Shown piece after piece: positions 26,690-37,599 of a stretch of DNA of 64,000 nt (position 1 is the first letter of the stretch; each line of letters begins with the position of its first letter). Made by a program: the position numbers and the translations under genes. The DNA comes from Obrimoposthia wandeli (lineage: Eukaryota), in NCBI GenBank assembly GCA_977020255.1, contig CDROCS010003758.1, positions 1-64,000 on the forward strand. Direction: 5' to 3'. The notes beneath the pieces are model-generated. The model saw only the letters and a program-made list of their open reading frames with translations. It was not told the DNA's origin and did no database searches.

Positions 26690-27350
26690 TGTGTGACACA
26701 GCTAAATCCTGTCATTTATTTCTGTGTCATTGTACTCCTAGATCAGATTTATAATCTTCACAACAAACTGAATGTTCTTTCTGCATTGGCAACATAAGCT
26801 GGTAGAGCTGATAGAGTATACTGCTGTAAATTCTAAACTGCTCAAGGTTGATTTTCAAAGCAAAGTCATTGCCTTATAAAAATATGCATTTCCATTTTCA
26901 TATGTTTTGCCAAGTCTGTAAGGAAGACTAGTTGAACAGTTAAATATCACACAGCACAGTCTTTTCAAGTTCATTTGGACAGGTCTTTTCTTTAGAGCAA
27001 CACAATTACTTCTTCAATTGTTGCAGATCTTCTCATTGCCTATTTATCAAGTCAATCAGCTACTCTATACGAAAAAATCTTTGTACTGATGTTCTGTGTA
27101 TGAGTTGTCATCAATTCGGCAGGAATCATTTTTAAATTTGGGTATTTTTTAGGATATCTATGATCCCTTCTTTGAATATCTTATGCTAGCTTGAACATTT
27201 GATTTTTTAAAATTCCTGACTCAGTTCAGTTATATGCTGAGAAAGTAATGTAATTGTTTGAAATGAACTGCCAATAGATGTCTGATCGAATTCTGAAGTC
27301 CCAACTTATTGCGAGAGTGAACCATTTGTTTTATTGAACCCCACCTACTT
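26690..27350 (-). mobile_element. Decayed hAT transposase fragment
   Basis: LPAYVANAERTFSLL...RSTMTQ resembles the hAT C-terminal dimerisation motif. Confidence 0.65.
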
Positions 27351-29099
27351 TACCATCCTTAACTTGCTAATTTTATTTATTGATTTGTATTGATTTAATT
27401 AAATATTTTGAGTATAAAAACAATAATTTTATTGCAATAGTAGGTTTTACTGTTATTTGCAATTTTATTAACTATTCATTTAATTGAACTTTATTAGATA
27501 ATCGTGAGGCTATGCAACGGTGTACATTAAATTCTTCTCACAAATCCTCGAATGTTTCTAAATTGGCCCATCTTTAATCTTGATGTATCGCATTATCATT
27601 TGTATCCTTTCATTTTAAGATACGCTTGAATTATAAATAATTGTACTGTTTTATTTAATCGTAGTTCTGTAAATTTTCAATTCTTAAGAAATTTCTGTCT
27701 TAATCTAGTCAAAATAATATTTAGTTTAATTAAAAGGGTACAATTTAGTTTGAATAATTTACGAAAAGTTCAGGGTGCATAAGTAAAAAACTAAGTATTA
27801 CGATTTATAGTTACATAAATAGCAATATATTTGAAACATATAAATATCTAATCCCAGAACACATCTTCAAAAGTTATTTTGTAGAATATCATATCTAAAT
27901 ATGATAAACATAACTATAGAAATCAAATACTTTTATTTATCAATAGATATTTTCGTTTTTTGTTGTTGCAATTTACCGTATTTCAATCTAATTTTCTGCT
28001 GGGACTAAAATTTTAAACCTGGTTATATAATAATGTTTTAAATGTTTTTGAATAATATCTAATAACATTAATCTACTTTCTAAATAGAAGTAATTTTAAT
28101 AAAACAACCTAAAATCATTATTTCTCTGATATCAACTATAAAATTCTAAATATATTTAAATATATCAGTAATAATTATAAATGGGAGTTACCTTTTTCTG
28201 ATAAAAGTTTCTTTGAAATAATTGATATACTTCTTCAATACCAAGCAATAAACAATTGTAGAAACCAATCTCAAAACTCAATTTTGATGAAATCTATTCT
28301 TTGATTTGGTATGTAATTTCTGATGAAGAACATGAGATTGAACCTTTATCAAACTCAGTATCAAGTTTCAGATGGCAGATGAAGAAGACATGAATATTGT
28401 TAACAATGATGTTTTGGATAAAAATGTAGCTTTTATTCACAATTGTGAGGAATTACAACATGAAAATAGTATGGAAGAACCTGTAGTGATAATGAGAAAA
28501 GGATAAAATGAAGTAACTGGAGTAAATCAGAACTTTCATTGAAAGAAACAGACTACACATTTAGGTTATTTGCACGAAACTCTCAGATATAAATAATTTT
28601 AATCTCATCAAACTATTTATTAGTATCATTGGAATAAGTTTGTGGATTTCACAAATCATCACGAATTATTTGTCTCTCAAAATTGAGATAATTTTACTAA
28701 CCCTTCGCGTGTGTGTGGTTTGTCTTGAAAATTAACTATAATATTTGACCAAAAAGCGAATGGTTTTCATGATTTATTGAAAGGTTTTGTGTACATTGTA
28801 GAATTAGCCATTTTTAGAAATTTGCTTACAATCTTCGCATGGTGTATCAACATCTACAATAGACGATGAATTGTAAAATATCACTACTTGGAGCACATTT
28901 TCCAGTAAATTATTTGCGGTTTGTAGATTATTCAAAAAATATAAAAGTGAATTATAAAGACCCAGCAAAAGTTTGATTCATTATTTTAGGATAAAAAGTG
29001 ATTTGAGTAAAGAGGTAAGAATTGAGAACAAATATATTTTCAATATATATATATCAGTTTAATTTTGTTTTATTTTCGATATACTTTTGCCTGTTAAAT

Positions 29100-29800
29100 T
29101 TCGTATGGATCCATACAAAATTTAAAGGTACCTAATATGTAATCTAATAGGGATGACATATTTGCTAAGGATTATTGTTTAAATCAACTCAACCACCATT
29201 GATTCTTTTGTTTAGTCTCGTTTCATAGCTCGCCCAAATATTACATCACTGGTTAGTATTTCAATATTGAAGTTACCATGGATATTTTATCTTATCTTTA
29301 TTTTTGGCTGTAGTGCTTCGATTTTTAACCATTGCATCATTCTTACAAAATGCTGCATACACCAAATTCTGATTAACTAAATGATACTTGTGTGATATTC
29401 TCCACATATCGGTAATGTATTTGCATAATGTATCTTTATTCTAAATAGCGAACGAAATTCAATGAAAACAAGTATTTTCACAAATTCAAATCGATAATTT
29501 TTGACCGTTTTTATCCTTCGTACAGTTAATTAAAAATTAATTTGTATTGAAATAAATTTATTCCAGTCTCCTTCTGGTGTATTTTTGTGTGACTCGAGTA
29601 TTTCTTGGCAATCCAAAAACACTGTTTAACTTCAATTTTGGTTTGCAGATTTTTACAACTGTGAACTTCATCCTCAACTGTGACGTCTTCTGTTGGTTTG
29701 CGGATGATTGAAGTAAAATCAATATCTTTAAGCCATTTTATCTTCCTTAATGAAATTGTGTGGACTCGTTCGATTCGTTATCTCAACGACATCAGCAATC
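29100..29800 (-). mobile_element. Possible highly decayed N-terminal part of the piggyBac transposase
   Basis: Weak fragments NDAMVKNR and KESMV...PIR in the expected order and strand. Confidence 0.3.
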
Positions 29801-30171
29801 CTGTTTGAAAAAAAGGAATATATATATACGTACAGACTCTTATTTGATTATTGAAGAAATGTCAAAGTCTTCTAGGCCACAGTGTTTTCAATTATTGTTG
29901 GATTTAGTTCTTGCCAAGCACTTCTGATGAAACACAGCATATTTTATTGATATTATAGGCTTTTCATAAAGTCAAACAAATTGTTTTCAGTTTCTGAGAT
30001 TTCAGCATAACACGGTTAGGTTTTCGTAATAGTATTTTGTATTTTAAATCTATCTAAAAGGAAAAAAGCTTCATATTAGTGAACAACCATCACCATGTTA
30101 TCAGTTCTTAACCAAATTGTTCCAAATAAACAATCCCAAAAAATGTAAATAGTTTTTAATCTTTTGAACTA

Positions 30172-31601
30172 AGTAGGTAGAAGGATGGAGTCTAGACCAC
30201 TTGACCCCCCCTAAAGGATGTCACACCATAAGGATGTCTTGCCACACCATAAGGGCATATGTTGCCTCACCTCTGGCTACAAGTAAATTAAAATAGAGTT
30301 TTCGTTGAATAAATTATAGTTAGATTGAATGCAAGTATGAATGCAAGTGAATGCTAGTATGAATTTCAATACAAGTAAGTGTCTTAGCAAGTGAATGTAA
30401 TTTTAAAAAATAAAATAAGAGTGCCGAGAGTTTGATTGAATGCAAGTGTAATTTAGACTATATGTAAATTAAAATAGAGTTTTCGTTGAATAAATTATAG
30501 TTAGATTGAATGTAAATGAATACGAGTAAGAGTTTCAGCAAGTAAATATAAAACTATGAATGAGTGACAGTGAAAATAAGAGTGTCGATAGTTTGATTGA
30601 ATGAGAGTGTAATTTAGACTAGAAATAAATTAAAATAGAGTTTTAGTATGAATAAAGTTATGTTAAGTTACAGTTAGATTAATAACAAGTAAGCAACTAT
30701 AGGAAGCAGTGATATTGAAGTATGTTAAAAATTAGAACGACTAAGTTATGACAAGATTAATAGAAAACAACACCAAATTTGACAGTATGAATGAAAATTA
30801 GTAAAATATTAATGTATTTGAATGTATTTGAAAGATAGTTTGAATAAATTACAGTTAGATTGAATGCAAATGAATGCAATTATGATTGAATGCAGGGTCA
30901 AGTACAAGTAAGAAAGAATACGCAATATGCAAGTACGAATGCCAATTATGAATGAAAATTAGTAAATATATTAATGAATTTGAATAATTAAAATGTCTTA
31001 TCTCGTTTGATAAAATTCATTAATTAAAATATTTTAAAATAATTAGTTTAATTTAAATTCTTTATTTTTTTAAATAACTTGATTATACAATTATATTCGT
31101 AAATATAATTAAATTATCATTATTCGTTTCTCTTTTTAACTATTCGAAACTGTTTTTATATATACAAATTTAGTAAATTAACTCAACAACAATTTTTTTT
31201 TTAATTACTTGATATTTTTGCCATTGTCTTATTAATATAATATGAATATTCAATTTATTTCTTCAAAAATTCATTTTATATGTTAAATAATATTCTTTAT
31301 CACATTATTGTGGTTTTTATCAAGTGATTTTAACCTTAAACTATAAAAATATTTTAATTATAAAGTTAGTAGCTGTACCCCGCCCACTGCATATAACATA
31401 AATTTCAAATATAAAGTACTATTAAGTTTATTATTTCGAATAGTAAATGTTTTTCGAGTTATTTAATTTTGTTTACTAGACATTCGAAAATTGACTTGTA
31501 AACATAATTTTTTTTTTGTTTGTTGCATATTTAATACTTAAAATCAATGACATCCTTTAGGGGGGGGGTCAAGTGGTCTAGACTCCATCCTTCTACCTAC
31601 T
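30172..31601. mobile_element. 1430-bp non-autonomous Polinton-type element with about 52-bp TIRs and 6-bp TSD
   Basis: Left end AGTAGGTAGAAGGATGGAGTCTAGACCACTTGAC(C)nTAAAGGATGTCA (30172-30223) has an exact inverted copy at 31548-31601 apart from C-run length. GAACTA flanks both ends (30166-30171, 31602-31607). No ORF; internal repeats of about 180 bp. Confidence 0.85.
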
Positions 31602-32629
31602 GAACTATTAATTAATGAACTATATATTTAATTTATTCAGAATAAAATTATTTGTCATGTGTATTTAACAATAAATACTAATTGTTTTCTAAAACTAAAC
31701 ACATTGCATATTATTAACTAAGGGTTTCCAAATATGGTGTTGTTGGAAAAGAAGACTACTTGTAGGTAGGTGATTTCTTTATTCAAACTTCTGACAACCT
31801 ATAGAACGTATATATGCACAAATTAAAATGAATTTTTTTGTTGTTGAAATAACAAGTATTTTTATCAGAACAAAATTGTTTTCACATAGCATAGTGTGTA
31901 TTATTACGTAATACATTCCTTAACTGATAAAATTAAAGTGTGTCCTAAATTTTCACATAGCGTAATTTATTGATTACTATAGATGTGTTTGGTACTTTAA
32001 TATTTTATTTAAAAACCTGATATAATAAAATTTGTTTAACTTTAACTAAAGTCTCACAAATTAAATTGGCAAACATTTAAATTTCAATTAAAAAATATAT
32101 ATTATTTTCTTAAAAAAAAATTACAAGTATTTTTATTTTCCACCAAGATCTTTTTAATTACATTAATAACATTTTTAAAAATTTGCGTAAATTTAAATAT
32201 TTATGAAAAAAAATAATACAGTTAGTAAAGTAATTTGAGTTTTATTAACAATTTCAGAAGGAAGATGTGATGACTTCGACTCAAAGGAAAAGGTACTAAA
32301 AGGTTATAAAAAATGCAGTTTGACAATTTATTAAACTTGTTCTACTCTCAAATAAAAGTAGTTGAAATTTCTTTAAATAAGTTTTTCAAAATTTTAGGTT
32401 TTTCGAAAATTTTAGGTTTTTGAAAATTTAAAATAAAACATTTTTAAAATCCGCCAAAAATAAATTTTGAAATTCTGCACTTGAAAATTTAAATTTGGCG
32501 CGTGCAAATATTGATGCGTTTAAACAAAAGAATGACTTTTAAATGACCTGCAAATGACCTTGACGTACTCGGACGAATTAGTTGTAATGGGAATACACAC
32601 ACATGGAACACCGACGTAAACGGGATAAT

Positions 32630-32990
32630 TTCTCCTTGATTTATGGACGACCATACCTTTATGGATGAATTCACCTTCTAAAGATGATTCCAACCATTAA
32701 CTAAAACCTTGATATTTTAAACTTGATTTTGTTTTTAGCCCGACCCCTTGATTTATGGACGACTACAACCCTTTAGATGTGATGGCCAACCATAGTAGAC
32801 CTCAATTATACCTTCAAACCTTCAAGTCAATACTGAGCCCAACCCCTTCATCTATGAATGACCATAACCTTTTAGATGTGATGGCCAATCATAGTTGACT
32901 TCAATTATACCTTCAAACCTTCATGTCAAAATTGAGACCAACCCTTGGATTTAGGGACGATTACAACCCTTGTGTATGTTGGTCAACCAT
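32630..32990 (+). repeat. 99-bp tandem repeat (about 3 diverged units)
   Basis: Units start at 32738, 32837 and 32936 (...tttagatgtgatggccaa.catagt.gac.tcaattataccttcaaaccttca...), with a partial unit upstream. Confidence 0.85.
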
Positions 32991-33100
32991 TAGAAGGATG
33001 AAGTCTAGATCACATGACCTTTATGGTGAGACAACTCAAAAGTGAGTTCGACCCATTTCAGGAGGAGGTAAGTGATCTAGACTCCATCCTTCTACCTACT
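32991..33100. mobile_element. 110-bp hairpin remnant made of the same Polinton-type TIR
   Basis: 33076-33100 is identical to the last 25 bp of the right TIR (...ctacctact); 32991-33019 matches the left TIR at 26/29 and lacks the first 6 nt. No TSD found. Confidence 0.7.
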
Positions 33101-33609
33101 CAGAATAATAGTTTATTTAAGTGATTTAATCTTTCTTCAATAATGCACTAACATGTTTATTATAAAATTATTTTCACTATCAGTTTGAAAATTTATGTTT
33201 TATTTTTCTAATCAATTGTTTCGCAGCTTTTATATCGAATTTTTACATAAAACATTTACTCGCAATTAGAGTTTTATTTGTTGTCAAAATAAGTTTTTAA
33301 AAACTTTAACAATGCCATTTTTTACTCCTTATCTCAAGTTAATATCATCCTCAACAATTTCGACTCAAGAGCTCAGTTTAAAAGCATCGAACCTTAGATT
33401 TATCAAAAACATAGTTCTCCCGAGTAGATCATGAGTATTAATCATCTAATAGTAAAGATAAGACAAGGTAAGGCCCTCCCAATCTTTGACCCCACAAATT
33501 ATTCATGTACTATAAGCGAAAAAGCTAGACTTCTCATTTATAGCATGTGCCTCATAGGAGAGTCTGAGAGTCCATGGGCGAGAAATGACACTTTACACTA
33601 CTGACAACG

Positions 33610-34196
33610 ATGAGTGACAATAAAATTCTGGTAAGTGTGGATAACAGAGTTTCACTGTTCTTTGCCATTGTTTATGTTGTCCGTGTTCAAAGTCAGCTAT
33701 ATTTTGTTTACTGTTTTCCATTTATTTATATATCCTTCTTTGGTTGCACTATTGACTTATATCTCTTAATTATTGACTAAAGCCGTTTCAATTAATTATG
33801 TAGATTCCTGATTTAGACTTAACCTATTTATGTACATATTTTCTTCTGTGGGGACGTCAGCATAACAATTGAATCACATTTCAGCCACTTCCGTATCAAA
33901 TATAAGTTATGCAACGAATTCATATTTGCATCCAGATGAAGATATCTCGACAAAGATGTTGATGATTTAATTCCTGTATACGTCTTTCTTTGTATATTAG
34001 CGACAATTTACAACATAAGCACTCAATAGTTACTCAACAATTAGAAAATTGGAAAACCCTTTGCCATTCTGACGCCTCTAATAAGTTGGGAAATGATTTA
34101 GAACAGATTATATATAAAAGACTAAATTCTATGGCATTGTGTATTAAACTACAAACTGAACCATTGATAATCTTTGATCTTTTGTCCACAGAATGA
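33610..34196 (+). CDS. Putative small 4-exon gene (about 105 aa), product unrecognised
   Basis: ATG at 33610 with a GTAAGT donor at 33631. Exons 33610-33630, 33804-33831, 33885-33957 and 34001-34196 are phase-compatible and open (MSDNKILIPDLDLTYLSTSVSNISY...DLLSTE). No homology recognised. Confidence 0.35.
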
Positions 34197-34319
34197 GCAG
34201 TTGTTGGCCATCAAGACACACAGCCTACACATCGTATGACCACAGGGCATCAGAGCAAAGTTGATTGGTTCGTCCTCGCATATTTCACAGATAGATATTT
34301 CATCCACCCGGCTCCCACC
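34149..34319 (-). CDS. Terminal exon encoding a C3HC4 RING finger (IAP/Mind-bomb-like spacing)
   Basis: After acceptor attctgaag the frame reads GGSRVDEISI-CEIC-EDEPINFALMP-CGH-TM-CRLC-VLMANN-CSFC-GQKIKDYQWFSL-stop, i.e. eight Zn ligands in RING order followed by a short hydrophobic C-terminus. Confidence 0.85.
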   Translation of the reverse strand, partial: GGSRVDEISICEICEDEPINFALMPCGHTMCRLCVLMANNCSFCGQKIKDYQWFSL

Positions 34320-34963
34320 CTTCAGAATATGATTTAGTAAATGTCATTTCTAATGTTGGCTTATAATACTTTAGTAGAAATTGTTTTCTTAATTAAATTT
34401 AAATGTAAATGAAATGACTAAAAATGATTATTTTTTTAAGGAGCAAATTATAAATAGCGCTGACTTTGATTTTGAATAAATTCAGTAAATAATTATCGAA
34501 ATAATCTTAAATTGCAACAGGAGAAATATAGAACCCCAGGAGAAGCCATCAGCATCTTCTGGCAAGAGTACTTTTAAAATATCTTCTTTTGGATTGAATA
34601 AAATCTCAATGTACAGAAATATATTTAGCTAAAATCCAAAAATAATTAATCTTAACGTTTCTTGAGATGTAAAATCTATTTCTAATATTCGATGCTCGAT
34701 TTTAAACATTGGGGAAAATAAATGATCGCTTCAAATAATTCCTGTAACAATAACAAAATATTTGGGCGTGTTTGTTGAAAATTTCAGAATACTATTTAGA
34801 ATGCCAAGTTTTATCTCAAGATATTCAAATAATTGTCTATATTTTCTAAGTGGAATGATTGAAAAACTTGGGTGAAAGTGTGTTATGATAATTGGCTGAT
34901 GAACCATACTCAATTATGATACATTTAATTGACTGCTGAAAACCACATTCTCTATAAACTCAC

Positions 34964-37599
34964 ATGTTTCTGTATTGTCGCTTCGATAAGTATTTGTCTA
35001 CATCGTCCACCCTCAGATGCAAATTCTAACGCTTTATTCTCATACTAAATTCTGATTTTAATAGTTTTGATAAACATCTACATACATTATCAATTGCATC
35101 GATATCGGCTCCGTTTTCCAATAAACACAAAACTGCATTAGTATTATCCTTATGTACAGCAATATGAAGTGATGTATGACCGAGCTAAGAGATCTAATAA
35201 TTAAAAACCTCAAATAAGCTTACTTTGTCAGTTGCTTCGATATTAGCTCCATTTTTCAATAAACATGTAATTGTACTAGTAAAATCGTTCTGTACAGCAA
35301 TATGAAGTGATGTTTGACCGAACTAAAGAGATCAAATAATTAAAAACCTCAAATAAGCTTACTATGTTAGTTGCTTCAATATTAGCTCCGTTTTCCAATA
35401 AACATGTAATTGTACTAGTAATATCGTTACGTACAGCAATATGAAGTGATGTTTGACCGTTCTAAGAGATCAAATAATTAAAAACCTCGAATAAGCTTAC
35501 TTTGTCAGTTGCTTCGATATTAGCTCCGTTTTCCAATAAACATGTAATTGTACTAGTAATATCGTTCTGTACAGCAACATGAAGTGATGTTTGACCGTTC
35601 TAAGAGATCTAATAATTAAAAACCTCAAATAAGCTTACTTTGTCAGTTGCTTCGATATTAGCTCCGTTTTTCAATAAACATGTAATTGTACTAGTAATAT
35701 CGTTACGTACAGCAATATGAAGTGATGTTTGACCGAACTAAAGAGATCAAATAATTAAAAACCTCGAATAAGCTTACTTTGTCAGTTGCTTCGATATTAG
35801 CTCCGTTTTTCAATAAACATGTAATTGTACTAGTAAAATCGTTCTGTACAGCAATATGAAGTGATGTTTGACCGAACTAAAGAGATCAAATAATTAAAAA
35901 CCTCAAATAAGCTTACTATGTTAGTTGCTTCAATATTAGCTCCGTTTTCCAATAAACATGTAATTGTACTAGTAATATCGTTACGTACAGCAATATGAAG
36001 TGATGTTTGACCGTTCTAAGAGATCTAATAATTAAAAACCTCAAATAAGCTTACTATGTTAGTTGCTTCAACATTAGCTCCGTTTTTCAATAAACATGTA
36101 ATTGTACTAGTAATATCGTACTGTACAGCAACATGAAGTGATGTTTGACCGTTCTAAGAGATCTAATAATTAAAAACCTCAAATAAGCTTACTTTGTCAG
36201 TTGCTTCGATATTAGCTCCGTTTTTCAATAAACATGTAATTGTACTAGTAATATCGTTACGTACAGCAATATGAAGTGATGTTTGACCGAACTAAAGAGA
36301 TCAAATAATTAAAAACCTCGAATAAGCTTACTTTGTCAGTTGCTTCGATATTAGCTCCGTTTTCCAATAAACATGAAATTGCACCAGTAATATCCCTCTG
36401 TACAGCAATATGGAGTGATGTTTGACCGAACTAAAGAGATCAAATAATTAAAAACCTCGAATAAGCTTACTTTGTCAGTTGCTTCGATATTAGCTCCGTT
36501 TTCCAATAAACATGTAATTGTACTAGTAATATCGTTCTGTACAGCAATATGAAGTGATGTTTGACCGTTCTAAGAGATCTAATAATTAAAAACCTCAAAT
36601 AAGCTTACTATGTTAGTTGCTTCAATATTAGCTCCGTTTTTCAATAAACATGTAATTGTACTAGTAATATCGTTACGTACAGCAATATGAAGTGATGTTT
36701 GACCGAACTAAAGAGATCAAATAATTAAAAACCTCGAATAAGCTTACTTTGTCAGTTGCTTCGATATTAGCTCCGTTTTCCAATAAACATGTAATTGCAT
36801 TAGTATTAGCTGTCCTTGCAGCATAATGAAGCGATGTTTGGCCGAACTAAAGAGATCAAATAATTAAAAACCTCAAATAAGCTTACGTTGTCAATTGCAT
36901 CGATATCGGCTCCGTTTTCCAATAAACACAAAACTGCATTAGTATTATCCTTATGTACAGCAATATGAAGTGATGTATGACCGAGCTAAGAGATCTAATA
37001 ATTAAAAACCTCGAATAAGCTTACTTTGTCAGTTGCTTCGATATTAGCTCCTTTTTTTATCAAATATTCTAAAAATATTACAGACTTAGCACTTTTCAAA
37101 ACATGCATGAGTGGTGTCCATCCGCTCTAAAAATAAACTAAACAATTTAAACTAATTTATTTCTCACGTCATCTTTCGACTCGATATCAATTCCGAGATC
37201 AATGAAATACTCAAATATTTCCTTAGATGTTCTTTGAGCAGCACGATGCAAATATGTCTCCCCATTCTGAATGTACTTTGAATAAATATTTCATCATCAA
37301 TAACTTACCCTATCTGTTTCAAAGACATTGAGCCCGTTTTCCACGAATATTTTAATCATTGATAAGTTTTTTCTATCCAAAATTAAACGCATTAATGTGG
37401 ATTTCTTTAGAATTTCTTTAATATATAATAATTAATATGAATTACAATATTCAGATTTTCTATCAAATCTGGCCTACAGAATCTCTGCACAGCGTCCACA
37501 TCTTCGTTTTTGATAAACTCTTGTAGTTCCCGGTAGCTAAATAACATAAAATCCGTCTAAATTTTATCTCACTCACGATTCATTTCTAGAATTGTGCAT
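34964..37599 (-). CDS. Multi-exon ankyrin-repeat protein (about 17 ANK repeats); probably continues to the RING exon at 34319-34149
   Basis: ATG at 37599. Exons 37599-37577, 37536-37446, 37404-37309, 37266-37168 (NGETYLHRAA...), 37126-37025 (SGWTPLMH...), then fourteen 99-nt phase-0 exons from 36985-36887 down to 35184-35086 (e.g. FGQTSLHIAVQNDITSTITCLLENGANIEATDK), then 35044-34964. All introns are GT-AG and 39-42 nt; no stop or frameshift in any exon. Confidence 0.93.
35086..37024 (-). repeat. Tandem array of 14 exon+intron units, 138-139 bp each
   Basis: Each unit is a 99-nt ANK exon plus an intron GTAAGCTTATT(T/C)GAGGTTTTTAATTAT...CTCTT(T)AG of 39 or 40 nt; boundaries were checked unit by unit. 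Confidence 0.97.

Noticed and set aside
34320-34963. Exon path linking the ANK exons to the RING exon
   Set aside because: Every acceptor tried (28, 31, 55, 68 and 222 nt from the donor) hit a stop or needed a frameshift; left unresolved.
35086-37024. CRISPR-like or non-coding satellite interpretation of the 139-bp array
   Set aside because: There are no unique spacers; units translate as ankyrin repeats bounded by canonical splice sites.
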